DNA of 61,793 bases, filler included. It is 7 parts of 7 records of this genome, joined end to end, with 100 filler letters (N's around TTAATTAATTAA, not from the genome) between each part and the next. Parts side by side here need not be neighbours in the genome. Positions count along the whole stretch, not along the records: positions 45,656 to 55,550 come from SRR31156797_7027; positions 55,651 to 61,793 come from SRR31156797_7034; 5 more parts are not named here. One strand, 5' to 3'. The first letter of the stretch is position 1; each line of letters starts with the position of its first letter. The notes under the pieces are model-generated. The model was not told where the DNA came from, did no database searches, and saw nothing but the letters and a program-made list of their open reading frames with translations. This document shows positions 48,940 to 59,447 of this stretch, one piece after another. The translations under genes were made by a program, and so were the position numbers.

Positions 48940-50676
48940 TTGGGCTGTGCCATCACATTACAGAATGCAATCAAGGGTTACACATTTGACCAGGATAAAA
49001 TTGTTTCACCTGAGGAGACCGTTAAGCGTTTCAAGAACAGGCTCAAAACAGTGAACCTGGATATCCTGGAAGAAACCGTTCGAATCGACAACGGCAGACT
49101 GGACATCCCCGTCTATTTCAGTGTCTGCGGGCGCGATGCCCTTGAAATCATCGGAACCAAGAAACAGATGGGGAAAGGCGGAACCCCCAGCCAGTCGGAG
49201 GCCAGTGCGGTCATGGAGCTGGCGGAGCGGTTCAGTTTTTTCAGTTTCTGGAAAGACCCCAAAAATTTTCGTCTGGATACCTACAAAAACGTGAAGAATG
49301 AGGCTTTGCCCTTTGAGACCATCGCCAAATCCGTACACGATGAGTCCGGTGAACTGGACAGGGCCCGGGAAATATTTGAAGACCTCCCCCTCAAATGGGC
49401 TCTTGGCTGCAATATGACCAAGAACCGGGAAATCCTGATCCCTTTTGACTGGTTTTTTGCCATTAATGAATTCAACGGACCGTCAGCCGGCAACTGTGTT
49501 GAGGAAGCCCTGAGCCAGGGGATCTGTGAATTGGTGGAACGGCATACGTCCTCCATTGTCAGCCGGGAGAAGGTGAACGTGCCGGCCATTGATCTCGATA
49601 CGGTGACCGATGCCCTGACACGTGAATTGATCGGGAAATTTAAAAATGCGGGAATCGAACTCTTTGCGTCGGATTTTTCTCTGAACATGGGCATTCCCTC
49701 CGTGGGGGTCCTGGCCTATGATCCCACCACATTCCCTCTAAAAAGCGAAATTGTCTGGACCGCCGGCACCACGCCCGACCCCCAGAAATCTTTGAGCCGG
49801 GCCCTCACCGAGGTGGCCCAGCTGGCCGGTGATTTCAATTCCGGGAGCAACTATGTGGCCAGCGGTTTACCCAAATTCCGGGATCTCGCTGAAGCCCGTT
49901 TCATCCTGAATCCGGAAACCACCATTCCCATTAAAAGCCTGCCGAACCTGGGCAACGACAACATCAGGGTGGAGGTGGAAAACTGCATGGGGGCTCTGAA
50001 CGCCAGGGACATGGAGGTGTTTGCCGTTGATGTGATGCACCCCCACCTTCAAATTCCGGCCTTTTATACCATTATTCCGGGCGCCCATTTCAGGGAGAGA
50101 GCCGTGGGGACCAGTGTGGGTATGTTTTGTGCCAAACTGATTGCCGAGTCTGACAACATCTTATGGCGTATTGACCGATTGACCCGAATGGATCGGTTGC
50201 TGCCCCATAAATATTACATTCAGTTTTTTCTGGGCTTGGCGCATATTTCCCTGCAGAACCCCCAAAAGGGTATTGAATTTCTTGAAGAGGCGCTGAAACT
50301 GGGTCCCAAACGGGAGGATATGCCGAGCATTTACTCCTATATGGGGATCTGCCTGCGGGATATGGAACAGTACCGGAAAGCCATTATCGTGCTCGAAAAA
50401 GGGGCTGAGATCGACAGTGAACGGACGGATATTCACAATCTCATGGGATTCTGTTATTTCAAGCTGAAAGAACATAAAAAAGCCATTGAGGCATTTCACA
50501 GGGTTCTGGAGCTGAACCCCGCATCCGCCATCGATTACGCCAATATTGCGTCCAATTACAGGGACATGGGAAACAGGGACATGGCCATCCGGTTCTATAA
50601 ATTTGCCTTGGAACTGGATGAGTCCATTGATTTTGCCAGGGACAATTTAAGAAAGCTGGAAGGGGAACAGGATTGA
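48940..50676 (+). CDS. YcaO-family protein with C-terminal TPRs
   Basis: MGKGGT...SAVMELAER, NGPSAGN...QGICELVERH, RALTEVAQ; four TPR-like repeats; AAGGAG RBS with TTG start. Confidence 0.9.
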   Translation: MGCAITLQNAIKGYTFDQDKIVSPEETVKRFKNRLKTVNLDILEETVRIDNGRLDIPVYFSVCGRDALEIIGTKKQMGKGGTPSQSEASAVMELAERFSFFSFWKDPKNFRLDTYKNVKNEALPFETIAKSVHDESGELDRAREIFEDLPLKWALGCNMTKNREILIPFDWFFAINEFNGPSAGNCVEEALSQGICELVERHTSSIVSREKVNVPAIDLDTVTDALTRELIGKFKNAGIELFASDFSLNMGIPSVGVLAYDPTTFPLKSEIVWTAGTTPDPQKSLSRALTEVAQLAGDFNSGSNYVASGLPKFRDLAEARFILNPETTIPIKSLPNLGNDNIRVEVENCMGALNARDMEVFAVDVMHPHLQIPAFYTIIPGAHFRERAVGTSVGMFCAKLIAESDNILWRIDRLTRMDRLLPHKYYIQFFLGLAHISLQNPQKGIEFLEEALKLGPKREDMPSIYSYMGICLRDMEQYRKAIIVLEKGAEIDSERTDIHNLMGFCYFKLKEHKKAIEAFHRVLELNPASAIDYANIASNYRDMGNRDMAIRFYKFALELDESIDFARDNLRKLEGEQD

Positions 50677-50730
50677 GGGACAATTCCTGTCCCATTTTCT
50701 TGAAAATTGCATCACAAAAAGAGGAAACAC

Positions 50731-51687
50731 ATGATCGAGGTTAATCATCTTACCAAATTTTTTGGAGACAAACTGGCGGTGGACGATATTTCCTTTACCG
50801 TGGAACGGGGCGAAGTGCTGGGATTTTTGGGACCCAATGCCGCGGGAAAGTCAACCACCATGCGCATGATTACCGGTTTTCTCCCCCCCTCCTCGGGGAC
50901 CGCCGCCATCGGGGGGTACGACGTCATCAAAAATTCCCTTCAGGCACGGAAAAAAATCGGGTACCTTCCCGAGAATGCACCGGCCTACCCGGATATGACC
51001 GTTACGGGTTTTCTGGAATTTATCGCCGGTATCAGGGGTTTTTCCGGGGCTTCCAAGAAAGCAAGAATCGAAGATACCCTTGCCCGCTGTTTTTTGACGG
51101 AAGTTCGATTTCAACCCATCAGTACCCTGAGCAAGGGATTTAAACAACGGGTCTGTTTTGCCCAGAGCATTATACACGATCCTGAATATCTCATCATGGA
51201 CGAACCGACCGACGGCCTGGATCCCAATCAGAAACACGAAGTGCGGGTCATGATTCGGGAAATGGCCCGGGATAAAACCATCATCCTTTCAACCCATATC
51301 CTGGAAGAGGTGGAGGCGTTGTGCTCAAGGGCCATCATCATTGCACGGGGCAGAGTTGTGGCGGATGATACCCCATCCGGACTGAAGGCCGAATCATCGC
51401 TCCATGGGGCTGTCCGTTTTACCATTTCTAAGGCCAACGGCAATGATCCCCTTGTTCACTTGAAGGGTATGCCCGAAGTTGAAAGGATGGTTGTGGTCTC
51501 TGAAAATGAATCCCAAACGACCCTTCGCGCTTTTCCAAAAGATCCGGTCCGCCCCCTTGCCAATGAAATCATGGGGCGTCTCGTCAAAAATGGTTTCACC
51601 ATCCATGAATTTCAAGTGGAAAGCGGCCGTCTGGATGAAGTCTTTCGAACGGTCACGAACGCCCATGCCGCGGAGGTGAAAAAATGA
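50731..51687 (+). CDS. ABC transporter ATP-binding protein (GldA-like)
   Basis: GPNAAGKST, LSKGFKQR, IMDEPTDGLDP, STH. Confidence 0.93.
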   Translation: MIEVNHLTKFFGDKLAVDDISFTVERGEVLGFLGPNAAGKSTTMRMITGFLPPSSGTAAIGGYDVIKNSLQARKKIGYLPENAPAYPDMTVTGFLEFIAGIRGFSGASKKARIEDTLARCFLTEVRFQPISTLSKGFKQRVCFAQSIIHDPEYLIMDEPTDGLDPNQKHEVRVMIREMARDKTIILSTHILEEVEALCSRAIIIARGRVVADDTPSGLKAESSLHGAVRFTISKANGNDPLVHLKGMPEVERMVVVSENESQTTLRAFPKDPVRPLANEIMGRLVKNGFTIHEFQVESGRLDEVFRTVTNAHAAEVKK

Positions 51688-52430
51688 GCGATTTTTTGAG
51701 AAACACGGCATGCATTTTAAAACGGGAGTTTACCGGGTATTTCGGAAGCCCGGTGGCATATGTCTTTATTGTTATTTTTCTGCTTCTGAGCGGTTTTTTT
51801 ACCTTTTCCCTCAGCAATTTTTATGAAATGGGCCAGGCGGATTTACGCGCTTTTTTTGAATGGCATCCCTGGATCTTTCTCTTCCTGATCCCCGCGGTGG
51901 CCATGCGGCTTTGGTCCGAGGAGCGACGGACCGGCACCATTGAACTGATCCTGACCCTGCCGGTGACCCTGCCCCAGGTGATCCTGGGGAAATTTCTGGC
52001 GGCCTGGCTGTTCATCGGTGTTGCCCTGGCGTTGACTTTCCCCATGGTATTGACCGTGAGCTATCTGGGGGATCCCGATCTGGGTGCCATTTTCTGCGCT
52101 TACTGCGGCAGCTTCTTCATGGCGGGTGCCTACCTGAGCGTGGGCAACATGACGTCGGCCCTGACCCGGAACCAGGTTGTCAGTTTCATCCTTTCCGTGG
52201 TCATCTGCCTCTTCCTGGTGCTGGCCGGATGGCCCCCCATTACGAACATTTTGTCGGGCTGGGCCCCCATATGGCTGGTGGATGTGGTATCCGGCTTCAG
52301 TTTTATGCCCCATTTCGCTTCCATGGAGCGGGGCGTCATCGATTTAAGAGACCTCTGCTATTATTTTTCGGTTATCTTTTTCATGCTCTTTGCCAACGGT
52401 GTGGTGCTTCAAAGCCGCAGGGCATCCTGA
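51684..52430 (+). CDS. ABC-2 permease (GldF-like)
   Basis: SPVAYVFI, MRLWSEERRTGTIELILTLP, GKFLA, RGVIDLRD. Confidence 0.9.
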   Translation: MSDFLRNTACILKREFTGYFGSPVAYVFIVIFLLLSGFFTFSLSNFYEMGQADLRAFFEWHPWIFLFLIPAVAMRLWSEERRTGTIELILTLPVTLPQVILGKFLAAWLFIGVALALTFPMVLTVSYLGDPDLGAIFCAYCGSFFMAGAYLSVGNMTSALTRNQVVSFILSVVICLFLVLAGWPPITNILSGWAPIWLVDVVSGFSFMPHFASMERGVIDLRDLCYYFSVIFFMLFANGVVLQSRRAS

Positions 52431-52449
52431 AAGACAAGGAGGATTTCCT

Positions 52450-54354
52450 TTGAAAAAAAGACAAAATACAGTTTTCAAGAAGGCCCTTCTTTCCGTAACG
52501 GGGCTGATGGTACTGTTTCTGATTCTGGTCCTGGTGAACATCATGGCCTCCTACGCCAATGTGCGCTGGGATGCCACCGAAGACAAAAGTTACTCCCTTT
52601 CCCAAGGGACCCGTTCCATCCTCGGTTCCATGACCCAGCCGGTGATCGTGAAATTTTTTTATTCCCAAAGCAATCCCGATATTTCGGCCAATATCAAGCT
52701 CTACGCGCGACGCGTGAAAGATTTCCTGACGGAATATGAACGGGAGAGCAACGGTATGATCAAACTGGAGATGATCGACCCCCGGCCGGATTCCGACGAA
52801 GAGGAATGGGCGCAGAAATACGGTCTTCAACCGGTCCAGGCACCCGGAGGAGAACCCATCACCTGTGGGCTGGTCTTTACGGCGGCGGACCAGGAGGAAA
52901 CCGTTGACTGGCTCGATCCATCCAAGGAACAGCTGCTGGAATATGATATTACGAGCATTATTCAAGGATTACAGAATCCGGAAAAGAAGACCGTGGGGAT
53001 TATCACATCCTTGCCGATTTTCGGATCGGGCGCCAGGGCGCCCCGGCCCGGTCAGCCTCCCACTCCCCAATGGATATTCGTAACGGAGTTGAAAAAAATC
53101 TATGACATACAACAAATCAAGCCGACCGTCCGTTTGATTGATCCGGCTCTCGACCTGCTCATGGTGGTATTTCCCAAAAACATGAACCCCCAATTGGAGT
53201 ACGCCATTGATCAGTACGTGCTTTCCGGCGGAAATGCCCTGGTTTTTGTGGATCCCCTGTGCGTATCTTACCGGTCCGGGAGACAGCAGGATTTCATGCG
53301 GTCGTCCGGAAGCGCCCTGGACCAGGTTTTCAAAGCATGGGGCGTGCGCATGGATTCCGCAAAGGCCATCGCGGATTACGGTCAGCCCACCCAGGTCCGC
53401 ACATCCAATACCACCACCGAGGAGAATCCCCTGATGATTTCCGCCAGGGGTGAGGCGTTTAATCGGGAAGATGTGGTTACCGCAGGGCTTGAGAGCATGC
53501 TCTTCCCGGTGGCCGGCGCCATTGTGCGAGATGGGGATAAAGGCACTGCCATTAAAGATTATTCATTTGAGACCTTGGTGGATTCCAGTGAGGACGCGGC
53601 ATTGGTGGATGCTTTCAAGGCGTTTTTGGGTGCCGATGCGGTGAAAAAAGACTTTGTTCCGGCAAAAAAGCGATTTAATGTGATTGTTCGCCTGCAGGGG
53701 ACCTTTAAGACCGCATTTCCGGATGGGCCCCCGAAACCGGAAAGTTCGGATATTCCCCCCGTGGATGAAACGAAATATCCGCAACTGAAGGAAGGGACGA
53801 AATCGTCCACCCTGGTGATTGTGTCCGATGCGGATATGCTGGCGGATAATTTTTATGTCCAGCGCCGCAATATTTTCGGACTTAACGTTTCGGAGATGTT
53901 TAACGACAACCTGAATTTTCTCTCCAATACCTCCGAGATCCTCACCGGGAGTGATGAACTCATAGGTCTCAGGTCCCGGGGGAAAATCGAACGGCCCTTT
54001 ACGGCGGTGCTCGAACTGAAAAAGCGTGCCAAAGCCCAGTGGCTGGGCAAGGAAAAGGAGTTGGTGCAACAAATTGAGCAAACCAACCAAAAACTGCAGC
54101 AACTGGAGAGCGAAAAAGACACATCCCAAAAAATGATTATCAGCCCCCAACAGGAAGCTGAAATTGCCAGGTTCAAGGAACAGAAACAGCAGATCAGCCG
54201 GGAGCTGAAACAGGTTCGAAAAAACCTGCGTGCGGAGATTGAAACCCTGGGGGCCACCCTTAAAGGGGTCAATATATTCCTGATGCCCTTGCTGGTCAGC
54301 ATCGTGGGTATCTGTTTTGCCGTTTATAGACAAAGGAAATTGAGGAGAACATGA
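52450..54354 (+). CDS. GldG-like ABC auxiliary component
   Basis: RWDATEDKSYSLS, LEYDIT, IDQYVLSGGNALVFVDP, C-terminal coiled coil and TM helix; GGAGG RBS before TTG 52450. Confidence 0.85.
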   Translation: MKKRQNTVFKKALLSVTGLMVLFLILVLVNIMASYANVRWDATEDKSYSLSQGTRSILGSMTQPVIVKFFYSQSNPDISANIKLYARRVKDFLTEYERESNGMIKLEMIDPRPDSDEEEWAQKYGLQPVQAPGGEPITCGLVFTAADQEETVDWLDPSKEQLLEYDITSIIQGLQNPEKKTVGIITSLPIFGSGARAPRPGQPPTPQWIFVTELKKIYDIQQIKPTVRLIDPALDLLMVVFPKNMNPQLEYAIDQYVLSGGNALVFVDPLCVSYRSGRQQDFMRSSGSALDQVFKAWGVRMDSAKAIADYGQPTQVRTSNTTTEENPLMISARGEAFNREDVVTAGLESMLFPVAGAIVRDGDKGTAIKDYSFETLVDSSEDAALVDAFKAFLGADAVKKDFVPAKKRFNVIVRLQGTFKTAFPDGPPKPESSDIPPVDETKYPQLKEGTKSSTLVIVSDADMLADNFYVQRRNIFGLNVSEMFNDNLNFLSNTSEILTGSDELIGLRSRGKIERPFTAVLELKKRAKAQWLGKEKELVQQIEQTNQKLQQLESEKDTSQKMIISPQQEAEIARFKEQKQQISRELKQVRKNLRAEIETLGATLKGVNIFLMPLLVSIVGICFAVYRQRKLRRT

Positions 54355-55475
54355 ACAAGAGGACTCTATTCATTTTACTGGTTGTTCTGGCGGTTCTGGC
54401 GGGAGTGGGAAGATCCATTTTTATGGATCGGCCCGATGATTCGGTTCGCAATGATGCCATGGGGACGGTGATCTTCAAGAGACTTCCGGCCAATGAGATT
54501 TCATCCATTTCCATGGATCGGCCCGATGATTCGGTCATGCTGGTGAAAGAAAAAGGCGTCTGGATCGTGCAAAACCGTTTTGGCTACCCTGCGGATTTTT
54601 CCAAAATCACCGACCTCATTCGAAAGCTGAAAAAGACCAAGGTGGGCCGAAATTTTCCGGCCTCCGAGTCGGTTTCAAAACGCCTTTCGCTGATTCCTCC
54701 CACGGATAAGGGCGCCGCCCGGGAGGATAAAGCCACTCGAATTCAAATGAAAGACAAGGGCGAAACCGTTATGGTCGATATCCTTCTGGGCAACACACGG
54801 AAAAGAGGAGAGAAGGGCGTGCCCGATTCCCAGTTTGTCATGCTGGCCGGTGGCACGGATATTTATCTGGTGGACCAGATTTTTTCTCCCTTTGACACCG
54901 CCGCCCCCTCATGGCTCCAAAAGAATCCCATCAAAGTAATCCGAGAAGATATTCAAAAAATTGCCTGTGTGGGACCTGATGGCACCGTGCGCTACAGTTT
55001 TGAGCGCGCCCAGGGGAAAGATTTTGCACTGGTCAGTCCGCCCACAAAGGGGACTGTTAAACAATCGGATTTAAACCGGCTTGCCGGTGCGTTGGCCGGG
55101 CTTGAGATTGAAGACGTGGCGGACCCTTCGAGTCCCCCTGAGTCCCTTGCAACCGGTATTTCACCCCGTCTTGATTTTACTCTTTTTGACGGTATCACCT
55201 ACCATGTTTATCCCGGGATTACCTGTTCACCGGGCATTCCCTGCTATGTGCGGATTCAGGTGGATTACAAGCGCCCGACTGCCGGAACGGCATCAGGGGG
55301 AGACGCATCGAAAGACAAGGAAAGTACCGAAGACAAAAGCGATGGCGCATTGGTGGCAAAAGCCAAGGAAATGAACGGCCGTCTGGCCCCATGGTTTTTT
55401 GTCGTTCCCCAACGGCAGCATCAGGCTTTCTTCACCACCCTGGGTGAAATGTTGGAAGACAAAACTAAGAAATAG
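54351..55475 (+). CDS. DUF4340-like membrane-anchored protein
   Basis: N-terminal TM helix; W...GYPAD motif; usual fourth gene of Gld-like ABC operons; ATGA overlap. Confidence 0.75.
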   Translation: MNKRTLFILLVVLAVLAGVGRSIFMDRPDDSVRNDAMGTVIFKRLPANEISSISMDRPDDSVMLVKEKGVWIVQNRFGYPADFSKITDLIRKLKKTKVGRNFPASESVSKRLSLIPPTDKGAAREDKATRIQMKDKGETVMVDILLGNTRKRGEKGVPDSQFVMLAGGTDIYLVDQIFSPFDTAAPSWLQKNPIKVIREDIQKIACVGPDGTVRYSFERAQGKDFALVSPPTKGTVKQSDLNRLAGALAGLEIEDVADPSSPPESLATGISPRLDFTLFDGITYHVYPGITCSPGIPCYVRIQVDYKRPTAGTASGGDASKDKESTEDKSDGALVAKAKEMNGRLAPWFFVVPQRQHQAFFTTLGEMLEDKTKK

Positions 55476-55718
55476 CGCGCTGAAAAATTCAGATGGATTG
55501 GTAGAAGTTTTTCGGATTAAAGGGTGCAGGGGACAGTTGTCAGGGGGCAGNNNNNNNNNNNNNNNNNNNNNNNNNNNNNNNNNNNNNNNNNNNNTTAATT
55601 AATTAANNNNNNNNNNNNNNNNNNNNNNNNNNNNNNNNNNNNNNNNNNNNTGAATCTTTTTTGAATTAAAAAATATATAATTCATTTTGACTTAGAAAAA
55701 CAATTGAGGTGATAAAGA

Positions 55719-56777
55719 TTGGATAAAATTAACAGAGAGTTTTTAATTGATTTATTAAAAACTCCATCTCCATCAGGAATGATTAAGGAGATACAACTTA
55801 AATGGATGGATTATACAAAAGAGTTCGCTGATGAAATTAAAACTGACATGATAGGAAACGTATATGCAGTTTTAAACCCTGAAGCAGAATTTAAGCTAAT
55901 GTTAGCAGCTCATTGTGATGAGATCGCATTAATGGTAAGTAGAATATCAGATGATGGTTATATCTATTTTTCTAAAGTGGGAGGAATCTCTCATAAAATA
56001 GCTTATGGAATGAAAGCGGAAGTATTAGGTTATAACGGTGATAAAATAACTGGAGTATTTGGAGCAAATGCTATTCACCACGGAGGAATAAATGATAAAG
56101 CTGAATTTTCTGATCTGTTTTTAGATTGTGGCTTCAAAGATAAAGAAGAAGCTGAGAAATATATTAAAGTGGGAGATTTAGCTGTATTTAAAACAGAACC
56201 TGAATTTTTATTTAATGATAGATTAACTTCAAGAGCTCTAGATGATAAAACAGGTATATTTATAATAGCTGAAGTCCTAAAAAAATTATCAAAAGAAAAT
56301 CTGGATATCTGTGTGTGTGCAGTAAGTAACGTAAATGAGGAAACTAATCATTTTGGTAGTTATTATGCAGGGGCACAGTTTAAACCTGACGCTGCAATTG
56401 CATGTGATGTTACCTTTGCAACAGATTACCCGGGAGTATCGAAAGAAAAACATGGTGATGTAAAATTAGGAGGCGGACCGGTATTAGCTAAAGGTTCTCC
56501 TATAAACTATAAATTAAATGCTTTGATGGAAAAAGAAGCTGAAAGTATGGAGATGAATCTTCAATATGAGTTAACTCCCGGTAAAACCGGAACAGATGCT
56601 GATATGATAGCCATTACGGGAAAAGGTGTACCGACAGCTCTTGTTTCGCTGCCTATTAGATATATGCACTATCCTATAGAGACTTGTGCAATGAAAGATA
56701 TTGAGGATCAAATAGAGCTAATGTATCAAACAATTAAAAAAATGACAAAAGATGTTAGTTTAAATCCATTAGATTAA
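55719..56777 (+). CDS. M42-family metallo-aminopeptidase
   Basis: TPSPSG, AAHCDEI, SRALDDK, NEE, GTDAD, PIRYMHYPIE. Confidence 0.9.
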   Translation: MDKINREFLIDLLKTPSPSGMIKEIQLKWMDYTKEFADEIKTDMIGNVYAVLNPEAEFKLMLAAHCDEIALMVSRISDDGYIYFSKVGGISHKIAYGMKAEVLGYNGDKITGVFGANAIHHGGINDKAEFSDLFLDCGFKDKEEAEKYIKVGDLAVFKTEPEFLFNDRLTSRALDDKTGIFIIAEVLKKLSKENLDICVCAVSNVNEETNHFGSYYAGAQFKPDAAIACDVTFATDYPGVSKEKHGDVKLGGGPVLAKGSPINYKLNALMEKEAESMEMNLQYELTPGKTGTDADMIAITGKGVPTALVSLPIRYMHYPIETCAMKDIEDQIELMYQTIKKMTKDVSLNPLD

Positions 56778-56792
56778 AAAAATTATATAAGC

Positions 56793-56823
56793 AAAAAAGG
56801 AAGCTGTTCAGGCTTCCTTTTTT
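56793..56823 (+). terminator. Rho-independent terminator
   Basis: AAAAAAGGAAGC-TGTTCAG-GCTTCCTTTTTT. Confidence 0.8.
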
Positions 56824-57182
56824 GGGGATGTTCACAGAATGTTCTATTATATTAGTAATATTAACAGCTTTTTTAGAAATTATAAAATTAATTTATAATT
56901 TGGATATATATAGACTTTTCGGGATATGTTTGTGATGTAAAATTTTCATACAAAGCGAACGAATATCGGAGAAATGTCCAATAAAAAGTTATACTTTTGG
57001 CCGAAAAACTTTCTAAATATACAACAACAGTATATACTTTTTACATGAATTTTGCAAGTAAAATATGAAAAAAGATTAAATGCTTGCTATTTGTGTAAAA
57101 AATGATTTATACTGTATAAGATGTCGTTCGAATGAGAAGACCCTATAAAATTTTTATGAAAAGTGAGCGGAGGAATAAAGAT

Positions 57183-58250
57183 ATGGCAAAATTAAATAAA
57201 TTTTTAAATGAAAACAATTTAGACGGAATACTTATAAGTGATAAGTTCAGTTTAAGATACTTTACCGGATTTACCGGTTCAACTGGAATAGCTTTAGCAT
57301 TAAAAGAAAAAAAATTCTTTTTTACTGATTTTAGATATATGGAACAGGCGGATCAGGAAGTAAAACCAAATGGTTTTGAAATAATCAAAGTTGAAAGAAA
57401 CGCAGTAGATAAAGTAGTAGAATTTATTAATAATGCAGATTGTAAAACACTTGGTATAGAGGATAAAACTCTGACAGTTGCTGTGTATAATTCATATAAA
57501 GAGAAGCTGCAAGAAGTAGAATTTAAGACACTTGGAGAAAACTTAGTTAAACTTAGAATGGCAAAAACTGAAGCTGAGCTTGAACTAATGAGAAAAGCAG
57601 CTGATATTGCAGATAAAGCATTTGCAGAGATACTTCCTATGATCAAAGAGGGAGTTAGTGAAAAAGAGCTGGCTGATGAACTGGAATATAGAATGAAAAA
57701 ATTAGGTGCAGAGGGAGCTTCATTTACAACTATTGTTGCATCTAACTATAGATCTGCAATGCCTCACGGTGTTGCAAGTGAGAAAAAAATAGATAAAAAC
57801 GGATTCGTTAAATTTGATTTTGGTGCTTATTATAAAGGTTATGCATCTGATATGACTAGAACAGTATTCTATGGTGATGATATTAGTGACAAGCATCTAG
57901 ATATATATAATACAGTTTTGGAAGCTCAAAAAAGAGCTGTTGCAGCAGTAAAAGCAGGTATAGTTGCAAAAACAGTAGATAAAGTAGCAAGAGATTATAT
58001 AACAGAAAAAGGTTATGGAGAAAATTTTGGTCACGGAACTGGCCATGGTCTGGGACTTGAAGTACATGAGTATCCATTTGTAAATACCAGAGATGAAACT
58101 GTACTTGAAGAGGGAATGGTAATAACTATTGAACCTGGAATCTATATAGAAGGATTCGGAGGAGTTAGAATCGAAGATGATGTTGTAGTAAAAGAAGGCG
58201 GATATGAGATTCTAAATAAAACTTCTAAAGAGTTAATTATTTTGAAATAA
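57183..58250 (+). CDS. Xaa-Pro aminopeptidase/dipeptidase (M24B)
   Basis: PHG, DFGA...YASDMTRT, HGTGHGLGLEVHE, TIEPGIY, GVRIEDD; GGAGG RBS before ATG 57183. Confidence 0.93.
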   Translation: MAKLNKFLNENNLDGILISDKFSLRYFTGFTGSTGIALALKEKKFFFTDFRYMEQADQEVKPNGFEIIKVERNAVDKVVEFINNADCKTLGIEDKTLTVAVYNSYKEKLQEVEFKTLGENLVKLRMAKTEAELELMRKAADIADKAFAEILPMIKEGVSEKELADELEYRMKKLGAEGASFTTIVASNYRSAMPHGVASEKKIDKNGFVKFDFGAYYKGYASDMTRTVFYGDDISDKHLDIYNTVLEAQKRAVAAVKAGIVAKTVDKVARDYITEKGYGENFGHGTGHGLGLEVHEYPFVNTRDETVLEEGMVITIEPGIYIEGFGGVRIEDDVVVKEGGYEILNKTSKELIILK

Positions 58251-58307
58251 ATAGAAAATAAAATATCAGCAGAAATAAATGAATAATAAAAAACAGAAAT
58301 TTTCCTA

Positions 58308-58356
58308 TTGACAAAATTAAAAATATCAAGTACACTTTTATTGCAACCGGGTGCAT
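58308..58356 (+). promoter_or_regulatory. Sigma70 promoter with adjacent LacI-type operator
   Basis: TTGACA-17-TACACT (58308-58336) then TTGCAACCGGGTGCAT (58341-58356). Confidence 0.75.
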
Positions 58357-58398
58357 GAGTTGCATTTGAACGTTGTGTACAAGATGGGAGCGCTTTAA

Positions 58399-59439
58399 AT
58401 GAAAGTTACAATTAGAGATATAGCAAAAATAGCCGGAGTTAGTCATTCAACTGTTTCTAGGAGTTTGAATGATAGTGACTTAATATCAGCGAAAACAAAA
58501 GAGAAAATACAAAAGATAGCTGATGAAATGGGTTTTGAGTTTAATAATAACGCCAGAAGTCTGAGTACTAATAAAACAGGAACTATCGGAGTAGTTTTTC
58601 CTGAAGGTTTTGAGAATGATGAAATTGCATCTTTCTTTGCATCTTTTGCAAAAACTATTCGTAGATACCTTGAGAAATACTCATACGATATTATTTTGGA
58701 ATTTCCAATTAACTATTTTACAGATGAAAATAATATAAAAAAACTTATCCAAAAAAGAAAAGTTGATGGTTTATTGATAGCTTCTTCACATATGACTCAT
58801 GAAGAGTGGGAGTATGTAGATGAATCGGATATTCCGGTAGTATTTCTGCATCTAAAGCCTGAATTTGAAAATAATAAAATTGATTTCGTCTGTACAGATC
58901 ATTTTAAAGGCGGTTATTTAGCCGGGGAACACTTAGTTAAAAATAATCATAAAGATATTTTAACGATAACTTTTAAGAAAACTGATTATCAACATAATGA
59001 GTTTGTTCAACGAACTAATGGTTTCAAACAAGCTCTTGAAGATAATAATATAAAATTTTCAGAAGAGAATATTCTTAGGACAGATATTGTATTTGAAGAT
59101 GCTTATGAATTAGCTAAAAAAAATATAGACAAAATTCGTAACTATACAGCAATATTTGCTCAAACAGACTTGATGGCTTTGGGAACGATAAAAGCCTTAA
59201 ATGAAAACGGAATAAAAGTACCAGAGGATATCTCGATTATAGGTTATGATGATCTGGAATTTTTAGAATATCTTCCGACTAGATTAACAACTATTCATCA
59301 ACCAAAAGAGGAACTGTCAAACTATGCTTGTGAGAGATTAATAAACAAAATAAATAAAAGTATAAATGATAAAGTGTATCATGAATTTGTAGAACCAAAA
59401 TTAATTCTAAGAGACACAGTGAAAAAGATTAATAAATAA
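58399..59439 (+). CDS. LacI-family transcriptional regulator
   Basis: VTIRDIAKIAGVSHSTVSRSLN, ARSL, VPEDISIIGYDD, LTTIHQP. Confidence 0.96.
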   Translation: MKVTIRDIAKIAGVSHSTVSRSLNDSDLISAKTKEKIQKIADEMGFEFNNNARSLSTNKTGTIGVVFPEGFENDEIASFFASFAKTIRRYLEKYSYDIILEFPINYFTDENNIKKLIQKRKVDGLLIASSHMTHEEWEYVDESDIPVVFLHLKPEFENNKIDFVCTDHFKGGYLAGEHLVKNNHKDILTITFKKTDYQHNEFVQRTNGFKQALEDNNIKFSEENILRTDIVFEDAYELAKKNIDKIRNYTAIFAQTDLMALGTIKALNENGIKVPEDISIIGYDDLEFLEYLPTRLTTIHQPKEELSNYACERLINKINKSINDKVYHEFVEPKLILRDTVKKINK

Positions 59440-59447
59440 TCTTTTTC

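Noticed and set aside
50731-55475. Gld-like ABC genes as gliding motility or RiPP export
   Set aside because: This four-gene set is widespread in non-gliding bacteria; nothing here ties it to motility or a peptide product.
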